Source: Baekduia sp.
GTDB lineage: Bacteria > Actinomycetota > Thermoleophilia > Solirubrobacterales > Solirubrobacteraceae
Direction of reading: 5' to 3'
DNA length: 64,000 nucleotides
Assembly: GCA_036518975.1 (NCBI GenBank)
Contig: DATDMD010000159.1
Coordinates: 662 to 64,661, forward strand
The position numbers were made by a program, and so were the translations under genes. Positions 20,866 through 30,623 of the stretch are shown here, in pieces. Every line of letters starts with the position of its first letter. Position 1 is the first letter of the stretch. The notes under the pieces were generated by a model. That model searched no databases and was not told the origin of the DNA. It saw only the letters and a program-made list of their open reading frames with translations.

Positions 20866-21747
20866 ATGACGTCGATCCCCGCCGACAGCGCGCATCCCGC
20901 GCCGCCCGAGCGCCCCGAACGCCCGCGGGTGCCGAGCATCATCCCGCCCTGGCCGGCGTGGACCGCGCCGGCGGCGCTGATCGCCGGGTTCGCCGGCGCG
21001 ATCGTCGCCGGCCTCGTCATCGGGATCATCGGCGCGATCTTCGGCGCGTCGCTCGACGACCCGCCGGCCGCGGTGTCGATCGCGTCGGTCATCGCCCAGG
21101 ACATCTGCCTCATCGGCGCCGCGCTGCTCTTCGCGAGCCGGGTCGCGCCGCCGCGGCCCGAGCAGTTCGGCCTGCGCCGGCCGGCGATCCTGCGCGCCCT
21201 GGCGTTGGTGGTCGGCGGCTACCTCGTCTTCATCGTGCTCTCGTACGTGTGGCTGGAGCTCATCGGCCAGTCCGGCGCCAAGGACACGATCACCCAGAGC
21301 CTCGGCGCCAAGGACTCCACCGTCGCGCTGATCGCCGTGACGTTCGTCGTCACCGTCTGCGCGCCGCTGGCCGAGGAGTTCTTCTTCCGCGGCTACTTCT
21401 TCGGGGCGCTGCGCTCGCACGGCTTCTGGTTCGCCGGGGGCTTCACCGGCCTGGCCTTCGGGATCGTGCACGTCTTCGGCTCGCCGATCGCGTTCATCGT
21501 CCCGCTCGCGGCGCTCGGCTTCGGGCTGTGCTTCATCCGCGAGAAGACCGGCTCGCTGTATCCCGGCATCGCGCTGCACTGCCTCAACAACTCGATCGCG
21601 ATGTCCAGCAGCGAGCACTGGTCGTGGCAGGTGCCGGTCGTCCTCGTGCTGGCGCCGACGTGCATCGCGCTCTTCGTCTGGCTGGGCCTGCGCTACTGGC
21701 CGGCCGCGACGCGCTGGCCGACGGGTGCCGTCGCGCCAACCGGCTGA
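20866..21747 (+). CDS. CPBP (CAAX/Abi, Rce1-like) intramembrane glutamic protease
   Basis: APLAEEFFFRG, FGIVH, HCLNN motifs; multiple TMs. Confidence 0.92.
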   Translation: MTSIPADSAHPAPPERPERPRVPSIIPPWPAWTAPAALIAGFAGAIVAGLVIGIIGAIFGASLDDPPAAVSIASVIAQDICLIGAALLFASRVAPPRPEQFGLRRPAILRALALVVGGYLVFIVLSYVWLELIGQSGAKDTITQSLGAKDSTVALIAVTFVVTVCAPLAEEFFFRGYFFGALRSHGFWFAGGFTGLAFGIVHVFGSPIAFIVPLAALGFGLCFIREKTGSLYPGIALHCLNNSIAMSSSEHWSWQVPVVLVLAPTCIALFVWLGLRYWPAATRWPTGAVAPTG

Positions 21748-21782
21748 GCCGGAGCGGGCCGCGGGTACGATTCCCGTTGCCT

Positions 21783-22823
21783 ATGCACCGCCGAGCCGTT
21801 CCCGCCGCCGCCCTGACCACCCTCGCGCTGGCCGGCACGGCCCACGCGCAGGCGCCGCCGACCACCGGGACGCCGCCCACGACGGGCGCGCCGCCGACGA
21901 CGACCACGCCGCCGGCGACGGCCCCGGCGCCCGCGCCTGCGCCGCCCGCCACCGGGACGCTCGGCCTGACGCTCGAGAAGGTCAACGGGAAGTCCGCGGC
22001 GATCCTCACCGGCAGCCGCTTCCGGATCCGCGGCGCGGTCAAGCCGTACGTCGCGGGCCAGAGCGTCGTCGTGCGCTTCTACCGCGGCGAGAAGAAGATC
22101 GCCACCAAGAAGGTCGCGATCAAGGCCTCCAAGAACGGCCAGGCCGGGACGTTCGTCCTCGGTTACACGGCCAAGCGGGCCGGCCACATCACCGTCCGCG
22201 CGTCGCACCGCGCGACCGCGCAGCTCGCGACGCTCGTCGCCAAGGGCCGCGGCGTCGACGTCCTGCCGCTGCACGCCACGCCCGGCTCGAAGGGCCTCGC
22301 GGTCCGGCTGCTGCAGACCAAGTTGAAGGCCTTGGGCTACGTGATCGGCCAGAAGGGCGTCTACGACGGCCGCACCGCCCGCGCGGTCCTCGCGTTCCGC
22401 AAGGTCACCGGCATGGCTCGGACGATGACCGCGAGCGAGGACGTCTTCCGCAAGCTCGCCCACGGCCAGGGCCGCTTCAAGGTGCGCTTCCCGAAGCAGG
22501 GCCATCATGTCGAAGCCGACCTGTCGCTCCAGGTCCTCGCGCTGATCGACGGGTCCAAGGTCGAGCGCATCTACCCGATCTCCTCGGGCAAGCCCTCGAC
22601 GCCCACCGTCCTCGGCACCTTCCGCGTCTACTCCAAGACGCCGGGCACCAACGCCAAGGGCATGGTCTACACCTCCTACTTCCACGGCGGCTACGGCATC
22701 CACGGCTACGCGGAGGTCCCGACCTTCGCGGCCTCCCACGGCTGCCTCCGCACGCCGGTCCCCGACGCGATCCCGATCTTCGACTGGATCAAGTACGGGG
22801 ACTACGTGGACGTCTACCTGTAG
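21783..22823 (+). CDS. Secreted L,D-transpeptidase with peptidoglycan-binding segment
   Basis: Signal peptide ending AHA, Pro/Thr linker, LQTKLKALGY..G.YD.RT..AV.AF PG-binding motif, YkuD motif GIHG...ASHGC. Confidence 0.9.
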   Translation: MHRRAVPAAALTTLALAGTAHAQAPPTTGTPPTTGAPPTTTTPPATAPAPAPAPPATGTLGLTLEKVNGKSAAILTGSRFRIRGAVKPYVAGQSVVVRFYRGEKKIATKKVAIKASKNGQAGTFVLGYTAKRAGHITVRASHRATAQLATLVAKGRGVDVLPLHATPGSKGLAVRLLQTKLKALGYVIGQKGVYDGRTARAVLAFRKVTGMARTMTASEDVFRKLAHGQGRFKVRFPKQGHHVEADLSLQVLALIDGSKVERIYPISSGKPSTPTVLGTFRVYSKTPGTNAKGMVYTSYFHGGYGIHGYAEVPTFAASHGCLRTPVPDAIPIFDWIKYGDYVDVYL

Positions 22824-22844
22824 GCCACCATGTCGGTCGCGTCG

Positions 22845-23939
22845 CTACGGCGCCGGGCTGAACGGGTCCGTCGCGGTCTCGCGCGCGAGGTGCCGGAGGA
22901 GCGCGGGTATGCCGCCGGTGGCGAAGGCCGTGCGTTGGCGGTCGGCGCCGCCGCCGGTCTCGGTCAGCAGGCGGTCGACCTCGTCCAGCGCCGGATCGGC
23001 GCCGGAGGCCGCGCGGGCGTGGGTCAGCGCGGTGCGGGCGATCTCCGGCACCGGGCGCAGCGCGCCGTCGTGCCACAGCGTCGCCGCCAGGCCGTCGCGC
23101 GCCGCGCGGAAGGAGGACTCCATCAGCACCTCGCGCGGCGTCCAGCCGCCGGCGGCAACCGGCGCCTCGGCGGCCGCCCGCGCCAGGCCGTGGATCAACG
23201 CGGTCAGCGCGAGCACGGTGCTCAGCGACGACTGCGCGTCCATCGCCCGGACCTCGACCGTGCCCAGGCGCGGGTGCGGCCGGACGTCCCACCAGAGGAA
23301 CGTGTAGTCCGGCGCGTCGCCGGCGGCCACGACCGCCGCGGCGCTCTCGTCGAAGTCCTCGAACGACGCGAACGCCCGTGGGATGTCCCCGCGCGGGTAG
23401 CCGCGGAACAGCTGCGCCCGCGCGCTGGCCAGCCCGCTGTCGAAGCCGTGCCAGAACGGGGAGCTCGCGGCCAGCGCCTGGAGCAGCGGCAGCCACTCGC
23501 GCAGCCCGTTGTAGACGTGGATCGCCGTCGCTGCGTCGGGCATCCCGACGTGGACGTGCAGCGCGCACGTCGGCGTCCGGCGCAGCAGCCCGCGCAGCTG
23601 GTCGTGGATCGCGTGGTAGCGCGGCTCGTCGACGTGCACGACGTCGCCGAACGCGCCGTCGGGGTGGATCCCGGCGCCGAGCAGCGTCGCGCCGGCCGCC
23701 CGCGCCCGGGCCCGCAGCCCCGCCACGGCGCGCACGCCCTCCTCGGCGCTCGCCGCCACCGGCGACGCGAACTCGACCAGCGCGGCGTACGTGTCCGGGT
23801 GCGCGCTGCCGGCCGCGGCGGGGACGTCCATCGCCGCCAGCACCTCGACGCCGGTGTGCGACAACTCGAGCGCCGCCGGGTCGACGACGAGCAGCTCCTC
23901 CTCGACCCCGAGCGCGAACGCCCGGCCGAAGCCCGTCAC
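22845..23939 (-). CDS. Glutamate--cysteine ligase family 2 (YbdK-like carboxylate-amine ligase)
   Basis: LGVEEELL, CALHVHVG, LAASSPFW, WWDVRPHPRLGTVEVR; GTG start 23939. Confidence 0.92.
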   Translation of the reverse strand: MTGFGRAFALGVEEELLVVDPAALELSHTGVEVLAAMDVPAAAGSAHPDTYAALVEFASPVAASAEEGVRAVAGLRARARAAGATLLGAGIHPDGAFGDVVHVDEPRYHAIHDQLRGLLRRTPTCALHVHVGMPDAATAIHVYNGLREWLPLLQALAASSPFWHGFDSGLASARAQLFRGYPRGDIPRAFASFEDFDESAAAVVAAGDAPDYTFLWWDVRPHPRLGTVEVRAMDAQSSLSTVLALTALIHGLARAAAEAPVAAGGWTPREVLMESSFRAARDGLAATLWHDGALRPVPEIARTALTHARAASGADPALDEVDRLLTETGGGADRQRTAFATGGIPALLRHLARETATDPFSPAP

Positions 23940-24301
23940 CAGCGGCCAGCCGCCACCCGCGCGAGCAGCCCGAGCCCGAACCCGTAGACGACCAGCGCCA
24001 GCAGCGCCGGGATCGAGCGCCGGACCCACTTGCTCGAGCTGCCGTCCACCACTGCCGCGAACGGCTTCAGCAGCACGTCGTTGGCGTCGTCGACCCACTC
24101 GTGGGCCTTCGAGTTGACGCGCTCGCGGTCGCGCTCCTGGTCGGGGTCGGGGCTGGGCGCCTGGGCGGCGACGGCCCCGGCGATCTCCGACGTCGTGTTC
24201 TTCGACGCCGCGCTCGTCTCGTCGATGACGAACCAGCCCCAGCCAGCCACCACCAACAAGCTGCAGACGATGGCAGCGAGCCGAAGAGCACGTTCGATCA
24301 C
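23936..24301 (-). CDS. Hypothetical two-TM membrane protein
   Basis: Hydrophobic N- and C-terminal helices; 4-bp overlap with the ybdK-like gene. Confidence 0.75.
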   Translation of the reverse strand: MIERALRLAAIVCSLLVVAGWGWFVIDETSAASKNTTSEIAGAVAAQAPSPDPDQERDRERVNSKAHEWVDDANDVLLKPFAAVVDGSSSKWVRRSIPALLALVVYGFGLGLLARVAAGRW

Positions 24302-24322
24302 ATCCTTAGACTACGGCCGCTC

Positions 24323-24877
24323 ATGGACGCAACCCAACGCCTGGTGGACGAACTACGGACCCACGCGCTCGTCATCGGCGAGGTCGTGCTCACGTCCGGC
24401 AGGACCGCCCAGTACTACGTGGACGCCAAGCGCGCCATCCTGCGCCCCGCCGGCTTCGCCGCGCTGGGCGAGCTCGTCGCCCACCAGGCGACGGCCTGGG
24501 GCGCGACCGCGGTGGGCGGCCTCACCATGGGCGCGGACCCCGTCGCGTGCGCCGCGCTGGCCGGCGGCTTCGACGGCAAGGCCTTCTTTGTCCGCAAGGA
24601 GACAAAGCAGCACGGCCTCCAGCGGCGCATCGAGGGCCCGTTCCTCGTCGGCGACGACCGCTGCGTGATCGTCGAGGACGTCGTGACCACCGGAGGCTCC
24701 ACGATCCTGGCGATCGAGGCCGTACGCGAGGCCGGCCATCAGATTGCGGGCGTCATCACCGTCCTCGACCGCCTCGCCGGCGGGGCCGAGAAGATCGCGG
24801 AGGCGGCGGGCGGCGCGCCCTACTTCGCCTGCGCCACGATCGACCAGATCTACCCGGATCGCCCCGACCGGGGGTGA
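24323..24877 (+). CDS. pyrE: Orotate phosphoribosyltransferase
   Basis: LTSGRTAQYYVD, GGLTMGADP, FVRKETKQHG, IVEDVVTTGGS. Confidence 0.93.
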   Translation: MDATQRLVDELRTHALVIGEVVLTSGRTAQYYVDAKRAILRPAGFAALGELVAHQATAWGATAVGGLTMGADPVACAALAGGFDGKAFFVRKETKQHGLQRRIEGPFLVGDDRCVIVEDVVTTGGSTILAIEAVREAGHQIAGVITVLDRLAGGAEKIAEAAGGAPYFACATIDQIYPDRPDRG

Positions 24878-24901
24878 AGTCGCACAGCGCGCGCGTGTAG
24901 G

Positions 24902-26101
24902 TTGGCGCTCGTGCAAGTGCCGGCTGGGTCAGGCCCGACGGAGGTGGCAGGCACCTCGATCCTGCGGGTCCTCCTCGTCGAAGACGACGACGGCGACGCG
25001 TTCCTGTTCGAGGAGCTGCTCCGCGACGCGGACCTGGCGGTCGTCGTCGACCGCGACCGGACCGTCGCCGCGGCCGCCGAGCGCCTGCCGGGCGACTTCG
25101 CCTGCGTCGTCCTCGACCTCGGGCTGCCCGACGCCGACGGCCTCGTCGCGCTGCACCGCCTGCGCGACGCCGCGCCCCAGGTCCCGATGCTCGTGCTCAC
25201 CGGCCTCATGGACTCGGCGCGCGGGCTGGAGGCCGTCGCCGCCGGCGCGCAGGACTACCTGATCAAGGGCCGCGTCGACGGCGAGCTGCTCGCGCGCTCC
25301 ATCCGCTACGCGATCGAGCGCCAGCGGGCCGAGGTCATCCAGGCGCAGCTGCGCGCCGCGAACCTGACCGCCGAGGAGAACGCGCGCCTGGAGCGCGGCC
25401 TGCTGCCGCGGCCGATCGTCACCGACCGCGCCCTCTCCGTCGACACCGGCTACCGCCCCGGCCGCGAGCGCGCGCTGCTCGGCGGCGACTTCTACGACGT
25501 GGTCGAGTCCCCCGACGGCACGCTGCACGCCGTCATCGGCGACGTGTGCGGCCATGACCCCGACGCGGCGGCGCTCGGCGTGTGCCTGCGGATCGCGTGG
25601 CGCACGCTCGTCCTCGGCGGGCGCGCCAGCGACGAGCTGCTCGACACGCTCCAGCAGGTCCTCGGGCACGAGCGCGTGGCCGAGGAGATCTTCGCGACCG
25701 CCTGCATGGTGTCGATCGCCCCGGACCGCCGCAGCGCCGCGGTGCGCGTCGCCGGCCACCCGCTGCCGGTCCTGATCGCCGGCGGCGCGGCCAGCGAGCT
25801 GCGCAGCGCGAGCTCCCACCCGCCGCTGGGCATCGGCGCGGGCGCCGGCTCGTGGCCGGAGGTGCCGGTCGAGCTGCCGCGCGGCTGGCAGCTGCTGCTC
25901 TACACCGACGGCCTGATCGAGGGCCGCATCGACGGCGGCTCCGAGCGGCTCGGCGCGCGCCGGCTGGTCGAGCTCGTCGCCCAGGGCGCCGGCGTCGAGC
26001 CGGGCGCCGCGCTGATCGACCGCCTGATCGCGACCGCCGAGCGCCTCAACGGCGGCGACCTCGCCGACGACGTCGCCGTCCTGGTCCTCGCCGCGCCATG
26101 A
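24902..26101 (+). CDS. Receiver domain plus PP2C (RsbU/SpoIIE) phosphatase
   Basis: LLVEDD, LDLGLPD, GAQDYLIKG; GGDFYD, IGDVCGH, LYTDGL, DDVAVL; start uncertain. Confidence 0.92.
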   Translation: MALVQVPAGSGPTEVAGTSILRVLLVEDDDGDAFLFEELLRDADLAVVVDRDRTVAAAAERLPGDFACVVLDLGLPDADGLVALHRLRDAAPQVPMLVLTGLMDSARGLEAVAAGAQDYLIKGRVDGELLARSIRYAIERQRAEVIQAQLRAANLTAEENARLERGLLPRPIVTDRALSVDTGYRPGRERALLGGDFYDVVESPDGTLHAVIGDVCGHDPDAAALGVCLRIAWRTLVLGGRASDELLDTLQQVLGHERVAEEIFATACMVSIAPDRRSAAVRVAGHPLPVLIAGGAASELRSASSHPPLGIGAGAGSWPEVPVELPRGWQLLLYTDGLIEGRIDGGSERLGARRLVELVAQGAGVEPGAALIDRLIATAERLNGGDLADDVAVLVLAAP

Positions 26102-27690
26102 GCCGCCTGCGCTCCGGTCAGTGGCTCGCCATCACCGCCGGCGGGTTCCTGCTGGCGGCGCTCGTCGGCGTGGTGATCTGCCTCCTGGCCCTCCACCGGC
26201 TGACGGACGCGCGCGAGCAGGTCGTCGACCGCGTCGACCCCGCGCGGATCGCGGCGCAGATGTACGAGCTCGGGCTCGTCGACCAGGAGACCGGCATCCG
26301 CGGCTTCCAGGTCGGCGGCACGGCCGAGTACCTCGAGCCGTACGACCAGGGCGCGGCCGAGGCGGTCCGCGCGCGGCAGCGTCTCCAGCAGCTCGCCGCC
26401 ACCGGCAAGGTGCCGCGCCTGGACGACGACCTGCAGGCCGTCGCGCTGTCCTCGACGGCCTGGCACCTGCTCTACGCGGACCCGTCGATCCTGATGATCC
26501 GCGCCGAGGGGCCCGACTCCAAGGACGTCCCGCCGATCGCCGAGGGCAAGCAGCTCTTCGACCGGCTGCGCACGTCGTTCGCGACGATGCAGACCCACCT
26601 GTCCGCCGAGCGCGCGTCGGCCCGGACGAAGCTGCGCCACGCCGCGGCGCTCGCCGAGGGCGCGGTGCTCTTCACCGCGGCGCTGATCATCCTGGCGTCG
26701 ATCGCGGCGGGGCTGGTGCTACGCGGCGTCGTCGCCAAGCCGCTGGCCCGCCTGGCCCGGGACGCCCGGAGCGTGGCGCGCGGCGAGTTCGACCACACCG
26801 TCACGGTCGACGGCCCGCGCGACATCCAGGGGCTGAGCACCGACGTGGAGTCGATGCGGCGCCGCATCGTCACCGAGCTGGAGACGGTCAACCGGGCGCG
26901 CGCGCTGCTGGAGGAGCAGACCCTCGACCTGCAGCGCTCCAACGCGGAGCTCGAGCAGTTCGCCTACGTCGCGTCGCACGACCTCCAGGAGCCGCTGCGC
27001 AAGGTCGCGTCGTTCACGGGGATGTTGCAGCACCGCTACCAGGGGCAGCTCGACGAGCGGGCCGACCAGTACATCGAGTTCGCCGTCGACGGCGCCAAGC
27101 GCATGCAGGTGCTGATCAACGACCTGCTGTCGTTCTCGCGCGTCGGCCGCGTGGGCGCGACCGAGACGGTGGTCGCGATGGACGACGCGGTGCGCGGCGC
27201 GCTGCACAACCTGGCCGCCGCGATCGAGGACGCCGGGGCGGAGGTCGACATCGCCGGCCCGCTGCCCGTCGTCCGCGGCGACGAGTCGCTGCTGACGGCG
27301 CTGTTCCAGAACCTGATCGGCAACGCCATCAAGTTCCAGGGGGAGGCGCCGCCGCGCGTCAACGTGTCCGTCGAGCGCACGCGCGCGACCGCGCCGAGCC
27401 AGACCGACATGTACACCTTCACGGTGTCCGACAACGGCATCGGCATCGCGCCCCGCTACGCCGACCGCATCTTCGTGATCTTCCAGCGGCTGCATCCCAA
27501 GGAGGAGTTCTCCGGCACCGGGATCGGCCTGGCGATGTGCCGCAAGATCGTGGAGTTCCACGGCGGCGAGATCTGGCTCGTGCCCGACGAGGGCGCCGAG
27601 GCCGCGGCCGCCGGCGACGGCCCGTCGCACGGCGCCACCTTCCGCTTCACGCTCCCCGTTCCCCCTGACGACGAACCGAGGTCCGCATGA
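26098..27690 (+). CDS. CHASE3-HAMP sensor histidine kinase
   Basis: [17 protein letters not shown] (CHASE3), two TMs, [32 protein letters not shown]. Confidence 0.93.
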   Translation: MSRLRSGQWLAITAGGFLLAALVGVVICLLALHRLTDAREQVVDRVDPARIAAQMYELGLVDQETGIRGFQVGGTAEYLEPYDQGAAEAVRARQRLQQLAATGKVPRLDDDLQAVALSSTAWHLLYADPSILMIRAEGPDSKDVPPIAEGKQLFDRLRTSFATMQTHLSAERASARTKLRHAAALAEGAVLFTAALIILASIAAGLVLRGVVAKPLARLARDARSVARGEFDHTVTVDGPRDIQGLSTDVESMRRRIVTELETVNRARALLEEQTLDLQRSNAELEQFAYVASHDLQEPLRKVASFTGMLQHRYQGQLDERADQYIEFAVDGAKRMQVLINDLLSFSRVGRVGATETVVAMDDAVRGALHNLAAAIEDAGAEVDIAGPLPVVRGDESLLTALFQNLIGNAIKFQGEAPPRVNVSVERTRATAPSQTDMYTFTVSDNGIGIAPRYADRIFVIFQRLHPKEEFSGTGIGLAMCRKIVEFHGGEIWLVPDEGAEAAAAGDGPSHGATFRFTLPVPPDDEPRSA

Positions 27691-28130
27691 CCCCGAAGCA
27701 AGCCGGCGAGCCGATCGAAGTCCTCCTCGTCGAGGACGACCCCGGCGACGTCCTGCTCACCCGCGAGGCGTTCGAGTACAACAAGGTCCACAACAACCTC
27801 TCGATCGTCCACGACGGCGAGCAGGCGCTCGCGTTCCTGCGCAAGGAGGGCGAGTACGCGGGCGCGGCGCGTCCCGACCTGGTGTTGTTGGACCTCAACC
27901 TCCCGCGCAAGGACGGACGCGAGGTGCTCGCCGAGGTCAAGTCCGACGAGACCCTGCGCACGATCCCGATCGTCGTGCTGACGACGTCGGAGGCCGAGGA
28001 GGACGTGCTCAAGAGCTACCAGCTGCACGCCAACGCCTACGTCACCAAGCCGGTGGACTTCGAGCGCTTCGTCTCGATCGTGCGCCAGATCGACGACTTC
28101 TTCGTGTCGGTGGTACGACTGCCGTCCTAA
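27687..28130 (+). CDS. Single-domain response regulator (Rcp1-like)
   Basis: [37 protein letters not shown]. Confidence 0.95.
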   Translation: MTPKQAGEPIEVLLVEDDPGDVLLTREAFEYNKVHNNLSIVHDGEQALAFLRKEGEYAGAARPDLVLLDLNLPRKDGREVLAEVKSDETLRTIPIVVLTTSEAEEDVLKSYQLHANAYVTKPVDFERFVSIVRQIDDFFVSVVRLPS

Positions 28131-28148
28131 GCTTCAGCGCGGGAATCG

Positions 28149-28222
28149 GCCCCGATAGCTCAGATGGATAGAGCGTCCCCCTCCTAAGGGGAAGGCCGCT
28201 GGTTCGAATCCAGCTCGGGGCG
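28149..28222 (+). tRNA. tRNA-Arg (anticodon CCT)
   Basis: Acceptor GCCCCGA/TCGGGGC; D-arm TAGCTCAG..GGATAGAGC; anticodon arm TCCCC-CTCCTAA-GGGGA; T-loop GGTTCGAATCC; no encoded CCA. Confidence 0.96.
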
Positions 28223-28225
28223 TCG

Positions 28226-28312
28226 GTTCAGCGCTGTCGGAAGCTCCTGGCGAGAGCGGATGCCGAGGCTGTCGTAGGCGGCGGCCAGGTGCGATTCGAT
28301 GGTCTTGACGAC
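28226..28312 (-). pseudogene. Remnant of a LuxR-type HTH C-terminus
   Basis: VVKTIESHLAAAYDSLGIRSRQELPTAL resembles the LuxR tail (KTVe.HL...Y.KLGi.SR.eL); no upstream HTH portion. Confidence 0.65.
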
Positions 28313-28631
28313 CGGCGCCGTCGGAGCGCAGGGCGCCAAGGGCGACAAGGGCGACCCCGGTCGCGACGCCGCCGTCACCTGCAAGGTCAAGGACAAGAAG
28401 AACGTGGTCTGCACCGTGGCGTTCGTCGGGACGAAGGCCTCGAAGAGCACCGAGAAGACCACCGTGTCGAAGGTGAAGGCGTCGACCGCGCGCCTGACCC
28501 GCAACGGCCGGACCTACGCGAAGGGCTCCGTGGGCCACCTGAAGTCGGTGCGCAAGCTCGTCAAGGGCGGCTACAACCTCCGCGTCGGCAGCGGCAAGAG
28601 CACGACGCTCTACAAGATCACCATCAAGTAG
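28299..28631 (+). pseudogene. C-terminal remnant of a collagen-repeat surface protein
   Basis: GAVGAQGAKGDKGDPG Gly-X-Y repeats followed by a basic beta-rich domain with two Cys; no signal peptide; codon usage looks genuine. Confidence 0.6.
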
Positions 28632-28701
28632 CGCGAGGCACACGACACGCGGCGCCGGGCAGGAAGTCCGGCGCCGCGCGTCGAATCGCGGGGGGCGACC
28701 C

Positions 28702-29322
28702 ATGGCCGACGCCTCGCCGCCGCCCACCCTGTCCGCCGAGCGGGAGCTCGACCGCGTCGGCGCCTTCAGCGACGGCGTCTTCGCCATCGCGATCACGCTG
28801 CTGGTCCTGAACATCGAGGTCCCCCACGTGCCGGGCGCGGACCTCGGCCAGGCGATCAGGGACCTGTCCAGCTCGTTCGTCGCCTACGGCATCGGCTTCG
28901 CGGTGATGGGCCTGTTCTGGTTCCAGCACCACCGCCTCTTCTCGCGGCTGTCGCGCAGCAGCGGTCGCCTGGTGCTCGCCAACACCGCGCTGCTGGCCAG
29001 CATCTCGCTGATGCCGTTCACCACGGCGGTGCTCGGCCGCTACAACGAGCCGCTGGCCGTCGCGCTCTACGCCGTCGACGTCGGCATCGCCATCCTGCTC
29101 GGCGGCGTCATCGCCCAGGTCGCCGTCGCCGACGGCCTCCTGACGCCCGGCGCGCCGCGCCCGGACTTCGTCCGCGACACGCTGCCTCGCGCCGCCGTGT
29201 TCGCGGTCTCGATCCCGATCGCCTACGGGATCTCGGAGTCCCTGGCCAAGTGGTCGTGGCTCCTGCTCCTGGTCGTCCCGCGCCTGACCGAGCGCCCCGC
29301 CGGAGACCGAAACCGGGTATGA
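28702..29322 (+). CDS. TMEM175-family potassium channel
   Basis: RVGAFSDGVFAIAITLLVL, W..HHRLF, PFTT; about 6 TMs. Confidence 0.92.
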   Translation: MADASPPPTLSAERELDRVGAFSDGVFAIAITLLVLNIEVPHVPGADLGQAIRDLSSSFVAYGIGFAVMGLFWFQHHRLFSRLSRSSGRLVLANTALLASISLMPFTTAVLGRYNEPLAVALYAVDVGIAILLGGVIAQVAVADGLLTPGAPRPDFVRDTLPRAAVFAVSIPIAYGISESLAKWSWLLLLVVPRLTERPAGDRNRV

Positions 29323-29574
29323 CGAAGTGGCACACCGTTTTGGCGCCGAATTGTCCGATGTGGAGTCGGATGGCTCTACACCTCGCATGAAGATGAGGTT
29401 GCGTGTGGTCAAGTCACCTGACATATGCCCCCCAAGAGGAGTAGCCTGCGCGCGGTTCGCCAGCGGCCTCTCCCATTGAGGAGGTGCAGGGGCCCGATAG
29501 CGCGAACACCGAACACCGCTTCTGGGAGAGGGACCCATTAAGCAGGAAGAGACCACGCACGTGGGGGCCATGGC

Positions 29575-30549
29575 GTGAGCACTGGCACCCCCGACTCGCT
29601 CGTCGAGAGCGAGCCCGTCATCGCGACGGAAGAGTCGGCAGCGGAGATCGCTGCCCGATCGCCCCTGGACCTCTTCTGGCGGCGGCTGCGACGCGACAAG
29701 GTGGCGCTCATCGCGCTGGGGATCGTGATCTTCATGGTCCTCGTCGGCCTGTTCGCGCCGCTGATCGTGAAGGTCTTCGGCCTGCCCAACCCCAACACGC
29801 AGAACGACAACCTGCTCGACGACTTCGGCTCACCGACCGGTCCGAGCAGCGCGCACCCGTTCGGCGTCGACGAGCGCGGCCGCGACGTGCTGTCGCGCGT
29901 CATCTACGGCGCCCGCGTCTCGCTCGAGGTCGCGATCATCGCCACCGCGCTCATCGTGATCATCGGCGTGACCGCCGGATTGCTCACGGGCTATTACCGC
30001 GGCAAGTTCGACACCTTCGTGAGCCGTGTCATGGACCTGTTCCTGGCGTTCCCCGTGCTCGTCCTGGCCGTCGGCCTGGGCGTCGCGTGCGCCGACGGGT
30101 GCCTCGGCGGCGCCATCCAGCCCGGCCTGCCGGTCGTGATCTTCGTGATCGTGCTGACGACCTGGCCCTACATGGCGCGCATCGTGCGCGGCCAGGTGCT
30201 CTCGCTCCGCGAGCGGGAGTTCGTCGAGGCCTCCCGATCGCTGGGCGCCAGCGACAGCCGGATCATCTTCCGGGAGATCCTCCCCAACCTCATCGCCCCG
30301 ATCATCGTCTACTCGACGGTGCTCATCCCGCAGAACATCCTGTACGAGGCGGCGCTGTCGTTCCTCGGCGTCGGCGTGGATCCGTCCAAGCCGAGCTGGG
30401 GCGCGATGATCTCCGACGCCACCTCGATCTTCCAGGACGCCTGGTGGTTCATGGTCTTCCCAGGCCTGGCGCTCCTGATCACCGTCCTCGCCTTCAACAT
30501 CGTCGGCGACGGACTCCAGGATGCGCTCAACCCGCGGACGTCGAAGTAG
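29575..30549 (+). CDS. Oligopeptide/dipeptide ABC transporter permease (OppC/DppC)
   Basis: HPFGVDERGRDVLSRVIYG, EFVEASRSLGAS, EAALSFLG. Confidence 0.95.
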   Translation: MSTGTPDSLVESEPVIATEESAAEIAARSPLDLFWRRLRRDKVALIALGIVIFMVLVGLFAPLIVKVFGLPNPNTQNDNLLDDFGSPTGPSSAHPFGVDERGRDVLSRVIYGARVSLEVAIIATALIVIIGVTAGLLTGYYRGKFDTFVSRVMDLFLAFPVLVLAVGLGVACADGCLGGAIQPGLPVVIFVIVLTTWPYMARIVRGQVLSLREREFVEASRSLGASDSRIIFREILPNLIAPIIVYSTVLIPQNILYEAALSFLGVGVDPSKPSWGAMISDATSIFQDAWWFMVFPGLALLITVLAFNIVGDGLQDALNPRTSK

Positions 30550-30623
30550 TGCACGTGCGACGCCGCCCATCCCCATCGCCGAGTCCTGAGAACGCTCGGC
30601 AGTCCCATCAGAAAGGACCGCAC

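Noticed and set aside
28149-29570. Intact prophage or integrative element at tRNA-Arg
   Set aside because: No integrase and no duplicated tRNA 3' end seen in the window; only remnants
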